From: Vitrella brassicaformis CCMP3155
Lineage: Eukaryota > Protista > Chromerida
DNA length: 64,000 nt
Direction: 5' to 3'
NCBI GenBank assembly: GCA_001179505.1
Contig: CDMY01000479.1
Location: 4,661-68,660, forward strand
The notes under the pieces: model-generated
Database searches by the model: none
Told to the model about the DNA's origin: nothing
The model's input: only the letters and a program-made list of their open reading frames with translations
Shown: piece by piece, positions 11,008 to 21,078 of the stretch
Layout of the letters: every line of letters starts with the position of its first letter
Position numbering within the stretch: position 1 is the first letter of the stretch
Position numbers and translations under genes: made by a program

Positions 11008-12125
11008 TCAGAACCCAGGTCCAGCCAGCCATCTTACAGCCCCGCAGCTGACGAAGTCCTCCGAAAACGCGCTGGCCCTCCGTGGCCCTCTGGCGGCCGC
11101 CGCGCGCTGCGCACGACTCGCCACTTGAAACGCGTTGTGCTTCATCAACTCGACGGACAGGAGCTGGCTCCAGCGGTTGACGATGCTCTCTCGGAAAGCT
11201 GTGTCCTCCTCCATGGGAATGGATGTGGGGCGAGGCTTTCGTTTGGCGAGCATCTTGAGAAAATCCATGGTCTTGTCTCCCCATCTGCCGAATGTCTCCG
11301 CAGCGAGGGGCACGAAGCGGAAGCCGGCCGCTTGGGTGATTGGTCCATACTTGTCGATCTTGTCTTTCTCNNNNNNNNNNNNNNNNNNNNNNNNNNNNNN
11401 NNNNNNNNNNNNNNNNNNNNNNNNNNNNNNNNNNNNNNNNNNNNNNNNNNNNNNNNNNNNNNNNNNNNNNNNNNNNNNNNNNNNNNNNNNNNNNNNNNNN
11501 NNNNNNNNNNNNNNNNNNNNNNNNNNNNNNNNNNNNNNNNNNNNNNNNNNNNNNNNNNNNNNNNNNNNNNNNNNNNNNNNNNNNNNNNNNNNNNNNNNNN
11601 NNNNNNNNNNNNNNNNNNNNNNNNNNNNNNNNNNNNNNNNNNNNNNNNNNNNNNNNNNNNNNNNNNNNNNAGCCGCCTTGCCACCTGGGAGCTGTGCACC
11701 ACGCCGGTTGACTGTTCGGTGGAAGGGGATGGGGGAGTTGTCAGGGCGGCAGGGGTGGGCGACGGTGACGTCGAGCAGGTAATCACTGCCGTCGATCACA
11801 CAATAGATGTCCATGCGCTGGTTGTTGGGGTTGTCGGCAGGCGGGGTGATGCCGAGGCTGTGCAGAGACACCTCCACATTAGAGGGAACATCTGCTTCAG
11901 CCAGGATGCGAACAAACAAGTTGCGCATGTTGTTGTGTCTCGTGACTCGCTCACGGCCCGTGTGACAGACGTAGAAGTGATCGCCAAACTTGTCCACCTC
12001 CCCGCCGCAGATGCATCGCTGCGAGACGGTTGCGTGCGGGAGGGCAATGCCGAGACACCCGGCTTTGTCTGTTTGTTCTGTTCTGGCCGCATGAGCTATC
12101 GAATCGAGCGCCAGTGAGAAACGAG
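11008..12125 (-). mobile_element. 5'-truncated non-LTR retrotransposon, 3' part with Zn-knuckle and restriction-like endonuclease (RLE; CRE/SLACS-like type)
   Basis: CICG-x6-H-x3-C knuckle, RHN, E, RMDI, LLDVTVAHP, EKDKIDKY and FVPLAAETFGRWG are the canonical motif order of RLE-clade C-termini. No RT domain is present in the window. The ORF is interrupted only by an N gap. Confidence 0.85.
11371..11670. other. Assembly gap (300 N) inside the retrotransposon ORF
   Basis: Run of N seen directly in the sequence. Confidence 0.99.
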
Positions 12126-12611
12126 CTGCATCACACACAAGCACACAAATCTACCACAAAACACGATGAATGGCGCCTTTGTGAGCCGCACTGACCCTGC
12201 TGCTTGTCGACGGATATGCATCGGTGGCAATGAAGGAACCCGCACCTGCAGCCACGGACGAATGAGTGGATGGATATGAGCCACGTCGATCTTCCTTCTT
12301 CTGTGCCTTCCGCCATGCGTCAACGCACGCCCTCACCATATTTGTCCTCATTCTGGTTGCTGGAGGCCAGCCCGAGGCTGGCGGCGGATCCGAAGCCGCC
12401 GTCGACGCTGGGTCAGTGCAGCGAGTCGAGATGGCGAGCGGCACAAAGGCGCAGCGTGCGCCTCTGGCCCCAAATCTGCGAGCCTTAGCCCCAAATTCAG
12501 TCCTCCCTTCTTCCCCCTCCGTTCTTCCCCCCGATGACGACAGCGCACGGGAACACCGACAAGGCGGGACCATTCTCCCACCTGTTCAAGCGCCGTTACT
12601 CATGTCCGAAC

Positions 12612-14268
12612 ATGCTCAATTCACTACCGATGACCAGGTTCAAGGACCTCGTCGACCAGGCCAAGCCACTTCTATGCGACCCCGATGCCCTCACCTTGGC
12701 GCAACTCGGCTCCCTCCTGCCGCTGGATTTGTGGCAACGCGTCGATATCAGCGACACCAAGGTGGTGCCCACGAGATGCATGTGACGAAGTAACAACACG
12801 TCGCATTGCTGCGCTTTGTGCATCCAACGCCAGGTGGGTTTCAAGAGGCCCGGCATCCACATCGTAACCCCATGGACAGAGACACGAGAAGGCAGGACCC
12901 GTTCTGTCTGTTGTGCTGCATTTCTTGGGTCTTTTTCAGTTGTACCGGTCAGATTGGCACCCCCCAATATGCCACTTCAACCACGGCACGGGTGAGTGGA
13001 CGGACGAAGAGTGCATCCGCTTTAATCAAGATCTGTGGTATGTGCACATCCTGCACCCGGTAAGCAAGGGCGAGGCGGGGCGGGGGATTTCCCAGGGCTA
13101 TATGTCGGTGTGTGGATGTGTCATTCAGACCGTTGAGTTCCTCATGTGTAATAAAAGCCACAGCGAATGGGACAATGCGACCTCGCCGCCTCCTTTGCGA
13201 CACAGTCAGCATCTGGGCAATGGGGACAGCGTCTAATGGAAAGAACCCACCCGACTTGCGGCTCTTCTGTCTGTCTGTCTGTCTGTCTGTCTGTGTCTTC
13301 TCGAATCAGAGTTCAGCTATCACGTCGAGAGAGGGGGGGTCTATTTGTTGCAAGGAGGAGAGCTGTATGGTCTGAGGTCTGGTGTGGATTATGTCGGTAA
13401 GAAGCTGATGAGAGACACACGGTTTTTCATCGAGAATCCAGCTGTTTGTTCGTCAGACTTGCTGTGTATCCTCGACAGAATGGCGCGGGCCTCAGCAGAG
13501 GCCCACGTTCTGTACTTCACCCACTGGACGTCTCCTCATATCCACTTCCGAAAGCCCAACAGCCGCTGGACAGAGCCTGCGGGCATCGTGTGCAATGCGT
13601 TCTCCGGCCGCGTGTGGCATGCGGCCATGCCATTCTATCACGTGAGCTGCACACCTCACAGAGACACCTGCACTCGCCTTTTGGGGGGTCGACGTGGTCT
13701 CATCCTGCTCTCACACAGGGGGTCAGCTTCCTCCTGCACGACGGCGACGGCTCTTTCTGGGACCGCGCTCCTGGAAGTAAATGGAGAATGATAAACACAC
13801 ACCACAACGCGCAGTGGATATTTTATGGTTGATGGTGGTTTTTGGTTCCTGTAGATGGCAACTACGTTCTCCGAGACGCCGGCCTGTATCTGCTGGTCGA
13901 GGGGCGCATTCTTCGCCCCGAGTGCCTTCGTAGGCGGCAGAACCTTCTCCGCTTTGTCGTTCCTGGCTTGAAACTCGCACTAGCAGACGCCTCAGGTGCG
14001 ACACACACGCGACCAATCTTGATCATCTGTGTGTCTCTTTCTATACGGTCTTTACAGCGGGACCGTTCGCCAAGCCGAGCATGGCGGCTTCTCCGGGCAG
14101 CAGCCCCACGTAACCAAACACCGCTGCTGCACATGTGGGGGGATCGCTTGCCTCATCTGTCTGTCGTTGTGTCTCAGCACCAGGACGACCCAGCCACCCA
14201 GCCTCCCGACCAGCTCCCCACCCGGCTCGCCTTCGTACTCACCCAGCAGCAGGCCAGCAGAGAGCTGA
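12612..14268 (+). CDS. Non-catalytic protein with two tandem CBM25-like (starch-binding) domains, paralog 1
   Basis: Spliced domain 1: HWHPPICHFNHGTGEWT...LWYVHI...VEFLMCNKSHSEWDN...YHVERGGVYLL. Domain 2: VLYFTHWTSPHIHFRKPNSRWTEPAG...VSFLLHDGDGSFWDRAPGNGNYVLRDAGLYLL. Both resemble the CBM25 pattern P-x-I-H-Y...W-T...F-N-D-G...W-D...N-Y. Start at 12612 or 12630; the 3' end is uncertain. Confidence 0.6.
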
Positions 14269-14639
14269 CATTGGAAGCGGCGAGGCGCCTGACTGCCTGT
14301 CGGCCGAAGAGTCTCAGCGTTGTTCAGCTGTCTTTCAGCGGCGAGCAAATGGGGTGGCGGGGGATGGTGATGTTTTGGCCGCGTGCGATGCAATGTGGAG
14401 GTCGATAGATGGCGTGTGGGCAGCGAGGCGGAAAGGTGGAGACCTATGCAGTTTTCTGTGTGTGTGAAGCTCGTGGTGTGCGGTGTGCACGTGGTCATCC
14501 CATTTTGAATTCCACAGCTGTACACCAATCACGCACAGCACACGGAATGCAGCGAGTCGCATCAAGTGCATTGCAGTGTGAGCCGACGATCGACCCGGGG
14601 AGAAATGGATGCACTGAGAAGGCAGAGAGGGAGGAGAGG

Positions 14640-17600
14640 GCAGCCCACAGCCAAACTGTCGGCAGAGAGACACCATCCATGCATCCCTTCATCCATGCAC
14701 ACAGATAGACTCTACAAGAGCAACACGTGCGGCCACCCGCCCCGCCCCCCGCCCACTGACTCATTTGGCGGCTAGTTGCATGTTGAGACGGTACCCTCCC
14801 CAATCAGCTTGCTCACATGACCCGCCCGTCATCGTGTAGAGCGCTTTGCTACGATCGTAGCACTCCCAAGCAAACGAACGGGCGGCCTGGACCCTCGACC
14901 CGCCATCCTCCTCATCCAACTCAGCATAAAATGAAGTCCACACTCGCTGCGCGAAGTGTCGACACCAACTGCAGGAATGACTGCACACCCTCCTTGCTAT
15001 GCCACTGATTTATGTCGAGGGCATCGAGAGGGGGAGAAACCAGGCGCTCTACACGGGGTGAGCGAAAGCTCCACTCCGCTGGCACGCTGGCTGGCCACTC
15101 ATAGGACATAGGCTCGGCTATATCGACCTCACTAAGGCGTGGCACAGAGAGGTATGATAGCAGCTCACAGCCCACAGAGGCGCTAAACAATTCGCGGAAA
15201 AAGACTCTCTCGAGCCCCGCCAGCCCCCCGAAAAGACGGCTGAGCTTAGAAGGTGCAGAGGGCAGGTCAGAGAGGGAGAGAGTGCGAAAACTCACATCTA
15301 TATGACGGACAGCTGGGAAGGATCGGCTCGCGGCGATGTGGCCCGCTCCATCCCTCTCAACCAGCCATGTGGGGATGCTCTCCACCACACCTGAGGCACT
15401 CGCTTTGATACGGAGCCAGAGGGATGTCGCGTTGCTGAAGACGAGCTTGTCACGCCATGATGGGTGGATTGGTGTGCCACCGAGCAGCAGCCAGACCTGA
15501 CACATACAGCAGACATACGTAGGGAGCCTTGTCTTGTTGAGATGCTCGACCTTTGCCCTTTTCTTCTACCCTTTTCTCTTACCTCCCCCGCCTCGGCCGC
15601 CAGCTGTTTCACTTTCTCTCCGTAGGGACCGTCAGGCGCAGGATGGGCGGGCCCAGCATCGCTGCTGCAGTCCACCATGAAGCGCGTACGTGTCCCGCCG
15701 CTCGAGAGCAGCCACCTCCGTGGCCGCCACTCCAGCTCACAGCTCACCTCCGCCGCCCACTTGCCGACGACCTGCAAGTCGGCCGCGCGCTGCGTGCAAT
15801 CCGCACCGATGTTCGGCTCAGACACAAACTCCAACCTCTTGGGCACATCTGCACCACACGAGAACGACGAAGACAGTCAGTCATTTGGTCACAAGTGCCC
15901 AACCAGCCTGTGTCAAGTCACCTTTCCTCTCTGGTTTGGCCCAGTGTTGGTCGAGGGCCTGCTTGAGCTGGTTGAGACGGCTGAACTGATTCATCTCGAT
16001 CTCCAGTCCGGTGATGGTCTTGATATCAGGGCAGCGGCCGAGGGCAGCGGTGAAGTCGGCCCACTGGGGGTCGTCGAAACGCATCATCTCGGCCTCGAGC
16101 CGCTCGACATTGGGCGATTCCTTAATGAGGCGCGTGAGGCACCCTGAGGACGTATCATACTGGGAAAGACGGCCGACTTGAAGACTCCTGAGCTGCGGGA
16201 GGGCCCAGCGACGAATGCTGCAGATAACCACAGCAACACGACGATGTGACAGTTGGGTGCAGAAACCCATCTCCTTCTCCCCTGTTTGCAGACCTGCTGA
16301 TGTGGCCAAGCCACTTTTCGGGCTGAATGTTCAGTCTTTCTAGGCTGGGAAATGCGGTGGGATCCCCTGAGGGTCGCGGCTGCGGTGGCTGGTGCGCACC
16401 CCATGTGTCGTCGTTGTCTTCATAGGGCTCGTGGCTATCCGGATACTTGTCCTCTGCAACATGCAGCTCCTTGAGCGTCTCTGCAGACCTCTCCAGCAGC
16501 TCGACCACACATTGCACCACACCGGACGCCTCCACATAGGCCGCCCGGATCTTGCCCTGCACACACACACACACACACCAAGCCAACAAATGTCACGTGC
16601 CACAGCTTTGCCAATGACACCACACTCCCATCTCACCAGGTGCTTCACTTCTCTCAGCTTGCGAATGGCCTGGTATTTGGCCTCCTCATCCTTCGTCATA
16701 CTGAAGTGCCGAAACACACCAAAGGTCTCGTCGGTGGCCTTCTGGTGGGTCTCCTTGTTGACGCGCGTCAGGCGAGTTGCCATCATAGTCGTCAGAAACG
16801 AGCCCATGTGGCCCATGACGCCCTCGGGCAGTCCAGGCAGACACGGCCGGCCGTAATTCTGACACACAGACACAACAGAGAGAGAGGGCATGCATGCGCT
16901 GGAGATGGCCTTATCTGTTTGTGTTTCACCTTTGTATTTGCTCCCCGCTGCTGTGTCGCTGCTGGTGCACCAGATACGCCAATCAAACAACCTGAAGGCG
17001 CGATGATAACGATGTTTGCTGCCTTCGGTGGGCCGGTGCTCATGCGTACCTCCATCACTACTGGCAGCAGCAGCAGCGGCAGCGGCAGGCGAGCTGGTCC
17101 CGACTCGTGAGCGCTTCCCATCACCAACAGACACCTGAACAAGTGAGTGAGATGTTTCACTTGCGCATGAATGAAATGTATCTTTGTGTGTGCGCTTTGG
17201 TGTACCGCTTTGCTCTGGTGTGCTGCCCTGTCGGTCTCGCCCGAACTCTCAGACACGCTAGAGCCAACGTCGTTGACATTGTACAGCCACCGAAACGTCT
17301 TGCGGTCACCATCCTTGCGCTGACATCCACACAGGGACAGACACAAGGGAGCGATTGGTTTGTATGCCTCTCCCTCCCTTCTCACTTCTATCGTTCGCTT
17401 CATCCTTACCTTTGTGCTGTGGCGGGCAGTGGGAATCTGTGCCAGCTCGTCGCTGAGCATCGAGTCGACGTCTGTGAGAGTCTTCAGGACACCCGACAAG
17501 CGGCCAGCCAACGATACACAGGCCTTCAGAGTACACAGGACTGAGTGTGGGCACATGGATGGCTGCGTGCATGTGTGTGTGTGTGTTTGTGGTGACCTGT

Positions 17601-18790
17601 GTATTGGAGTCTGCATTTGCTATCTTCACCTTCGCCACCTCAGTGCTCGCGGCTATGTTAGAGGCAACCTGCACACAGCAGGGCCAGCAACCGCTGCGGC
17701 ATGCAAAGGGACTCGCTATCCCTCCCCTCTCGTCTTTCTCTCACCGAGTGTATCTTATCTATAATATTCCGCAAGCTGCCGTTGCCATCCGATCCGTCGC
17801 CTTCCTCCCCTGAATGCAGCACACCATCACCACACGTACAAGGCATGACACTATTGGCGGCTGACGGCCATCAGTCGACGTGTGGTTGCATGTGTGAGTG
17901 TGTCATCACCTCGTGAGGGCGCCGGGCCGCCATCGCTACTGACGTCCACCGTCGGCACAGATCAACCACCTGCACCAACGGAGAGAGGGCGAGGGAGATG
18001 AGATCCATCCATTTATCCATCCATCCATCCATCCATCCTTGTGTGTCTGGGTCACTCCTCAGGTGGTAGCCGGCAGCCTCCACACAGCTGCAAATGACAT
18101 ATCGTCAAGAGAAGAGGCCCGATGTCAGCGCTGCCGTCAGCCGCCTGTACAGCCTCAGCCTCTCATCAAATCTGACAAGAGTATGACACGCATCCATCCA
18201 GGGGGGTGAGCCATCTTCTGTGTGTTTGTCTCTGCTGTATTGCCTTCTGGCTGCCTGCCTGTGTGATCTCTGGCTGCCTCGGCGATGCATATGCCACTCA
18301 GGTGCTCATGCATTCTTCATTGGGATATCTATCGTGTGGCCTTACCGATGAGAATGGGATGAAGGCCGGAGGCATCTTCAGCTCACGGCAGCGCCAAATT
18401 ACAAGCCATTCGTTCTTTTGTCGATGGCTCGAAGTGTCGAGAATTGGGGACAAACCCCGCTCCAAACCCTACGAGACGCCATTTTTTGAATTTTCTGCAT
18501 TTGCCCGCTGCTTCCTGTCACCGCTTCCCTTCCCCTGATGCCGCGTACTGCAGCCGCAGCCCGAGGCCTTCTCTCTGTGTCTGAGAGGGAATGAGGACAA
18601 TCGTGACAGCAACGGACAACACATTCAGCGGTACGGCAACTGCGGGCCCCGGGCTTTCGGCCGCTGCTGGCCATTCATGAAGCCACTTGTTTTTTGAGGG
18701 CAGCGGAAGCCGGCCATGATTACTGCAGCCGGCACAGAAGACAGGCACAAACGCTACGCTCTGGCTGACAATGATAATGAGAATCCGAAA
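14640..18790. repeat. Left arm of a ~4.1-kb inverted segmental duplication (partner 56730-60850)
   Basis: Reverse-complement matches in coding and non-coding sequence. Example: gctggccattcatgaagccacttgttttttgagggcagcgga near 18665 matches tccgctgccctcaaaaaacaagtggcttcatgaatggccagc near 56825. 14720-14770 matches 60700-60750. Confidence 0.9.
14761..17121 (-). CDS. F-box-like / LRR-like lineage-expanded protein, copy 1; 11-nt deletion frameshifts the last ~50 codons (possible pseudogene)
   Basis: LPGLPEGVMGHMGSFLTTMMATRLTRVNKETH is F-box-like, followed by LRR-like segments (LKELHV, FPSLERLNI, LPQLRSLQV). Colinear with copy 2 at 58344-60704. The frame stops at 14921 (VDFILC*) while the homologous C-terminus continues in another frame to 14761. 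Confidence 0.7.
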
Positions 18791-19664
18791 GATCCGACGT
18801 GTCGTATGCGTTGTCTGTGCGTTTCTCTGACGTCAGCTGGTAAAAACCCGTCGGAATGCGAGTATGTTGACGTCCACGACCTGTTCGACATGATAAACCT
18901 CCTCACAATCTCATCCCGCCACCCCTCCCCTATCTCCCCCCGATGCGGCCGAGATTCGGAAAGATGTCATCATCGGGATTCGCGGCCTCTACTACTATGC
19001 CCTCGCCTATCTTTCGCCGCCACGTCAATGAAGCGCCTAGGCATCGACAATCTGAATAACGACGTGCTCGTGCGGTGGACTGAGTTGCGGCAGGGCCTTG
19101 AAGAGGCGAGCACAACAACGAATGCCACATCATCGCTGCAGCCCCGTTACCCATCCCGACGCCTCTGCCGCCCATCCTACACTATAAGGGGGCAACTTTT
19201 ATCGATTGCGGGACCATGCTGCAGGGAGATGCCGAGAGAGGAGAACAGTTGTGCGGCTGTCACACGACCCCATCGAGCAGATCAGAAGTGGCAAGCTCAG
19301 CTGCTTGCGGCCTATGCCTGGGGATGCATCGTCCCTGAAGTGGCGCTGGTTTCCATTGACGGCCGCATGAGCGACGACTCGGGAGAGACGTTAGAAGAGG
19401 ATCTTAGTCTGAGCCCCGCCACAACCCCGACAAAGATATAGGAGATCAAGGAGATATGTGGCCGGCAGGTGGAGAGATTCGCCGAAAGGGGGGTGATAGG
19501 AATGGAGGGACCAACGGTTAGGGCGGTGCGACTAGACGAGGAGCGCAAAGACGTGGGCCATCGAGTCTACACAAATGTGCACACGCACATTCCTGTCTTG
19601 CCTCGCAGGATATTATCTCGCTGGCGAGAAGCACGACGGCATTTTGTGTCAGTGGCTTGACAGT

Positions 19665-20664
19665 CCGGCTTCAGCAAAAGGCAGGGCGTGCAAATCGAAG
19701 ACTTGGACGAGGAATACCTCGAAGATAACAATCGGAACGTCCCACTAAAGGTATACTTCTCTACCGACACAGAGGTCTAGAACAGCAACACTGTTTCTTC
19801 CTCGTGTCTCCAAACAATGCTTTGCGTTTTCTTTTTCTCAGGCCACCAAAATAATTGAAATCGAAAAAGGACAATCGACTTTCGAAGAGGATTTTTCAAC
19901 AAAGGCCCTACTCACGTGAGGACAATCACAGACGCGCTCACATGCACTCACATATTGTTGTCTGGGCGTTGTCACAGAGCATTCGACACGCCGCGGCACT
20001 CACCATACAAAAAGTCTACAAAAAGCTGCTCAAGACCAGGGAGATTCAAAAAGCCGCCGCAACGATGATACAGGCGGCCCACAGAGGGTCCAAGGGACGC
20101 AGACAGGCAGAGCTGATCAAGGAGCAGCGGATTGTTGACGAGATTAATTCAAGCAGCCTGCCGATCGAAAAGCACGAGCAGGTAAGCTGACGAGTCAACA
20201 CAAATGTGTGCACGCACATTCCTGTCTTGCCTCGCAGGATATTATCTCGCTGGCGAGGAGCACGAGGGCATTTTGTATTAGTGGGTTAAGTGGCACCGGG
20301 AAATCAACACTGGTGTGTGGCCAGCTAGATCTCTTCATCCATGTCTCTTGTCGATTGCGAGTTCTTCGATTTGTCAGACCCCCATATTCCTGCTGAAGGA
20401 TGCGCTAAGGCGAGGCGAATACACACATATACTGATTTCTCAGCCGCGCCGCATGGCAGCAGAGAAGATTGCCAGGTAATACAAACACATAGACAAGCCA
20501 AGCTTGATTTGCATGTCTCCCTCAGGCGACTGGCAGACCTCTGTGCTACAGAGGGGCTGGACACGCGCACGGGGGACGATAAAGGCAAGGTTGGAGGGAC
20601 TGTGGTGCCGCATCGCGGGCGCCACCGTCGGGCTCCGCCACTTGAGTATCCCCCATGCGCTTGA
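19665..20664 (+). pseudogene. Truncated 5' fragment of an IQ-motif-containing DEAH-box RNA helicase
   Basis: Spliced reading: ...TIQKVYKK...MIQAAHRGSKGRRQ (IQ motifs)...SSLPIEKHEQ|DIISLARSTRAFCISGLSGTGKSTL|TPIFLLKDALRRGEYTHILISQPRRMAAEKIAR|RLADLC... This gives the DEAH LPI motif, Walker A and QPRR (motif Ia). The frame stops at 20664 with no DEAH motif II or later motifs. Confidence 0.7.
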
Positions 20665-20794
20665 GCTCAAGGGCGGAGACATCCCGCATCCCCGTGACCA
20701 CCGCCTCCGCATGTGTGTCCATTGTATGCGAGTGCCCGTCGATGGGTGCATGCGACTGACTGTCTGCCCGCCCGCCTGCCTGTCTGCATCGATG

Positions 20795-21020
20795 GATGGA
20801 GAGTATCGCTGTCTACATTTTATATTCGTTGATCGTCTGTCTTCGCTGACTCGGTCGTCCTTGCTTGGCATGCAGTGAGTGCAGGACCTTGAGAGTGTTG
20901 AGTTGGCAAACAAACACCTCTCCTGCCTCACAAAGCCGCGCGAATGAAAAGCATACACAAAGAGGCTGCCTATGCACAGCGAATGTGATGCCGAACCAAG
21001 CACGTATCGAAAACCCGACA
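20795..21020. repeat. ~230-bp non-coding dispersed repeat, copy 1 (inverted relative to 53505-53735)
   Basis: gagtatcgctgtctacattttatattcgttgatcg...gcaggaccttgagagtgttgagttggcaaa...cctcacaaagccgcgcgaat matches the reverse complement of 53505-53735. Confidence 0.85.
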
Positions 21021-21078
21021 AGAATGGACAAAACGGGGGCCATACGGGCCCCTTCTTTCTCATACACCCCCCTCTCAC

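Noticed and set aside
10903-12117. Long plus-strand ORFs (404 aa, 215 aa, 123 aa) over the retroelement
   Set aside because: These are antisense shadows of the RLE ORF, inflated by 100 X codons from the N gap, with no motifs.
18716-19441. 241-aa ORF as a real gene
   Set aside because: It has no recognisable domain beyond a few residues of CBM-family remnant, has biased Ser/Arg/Pro composition, and crosses a mutated splice donor. It is treated as decayed sequence.
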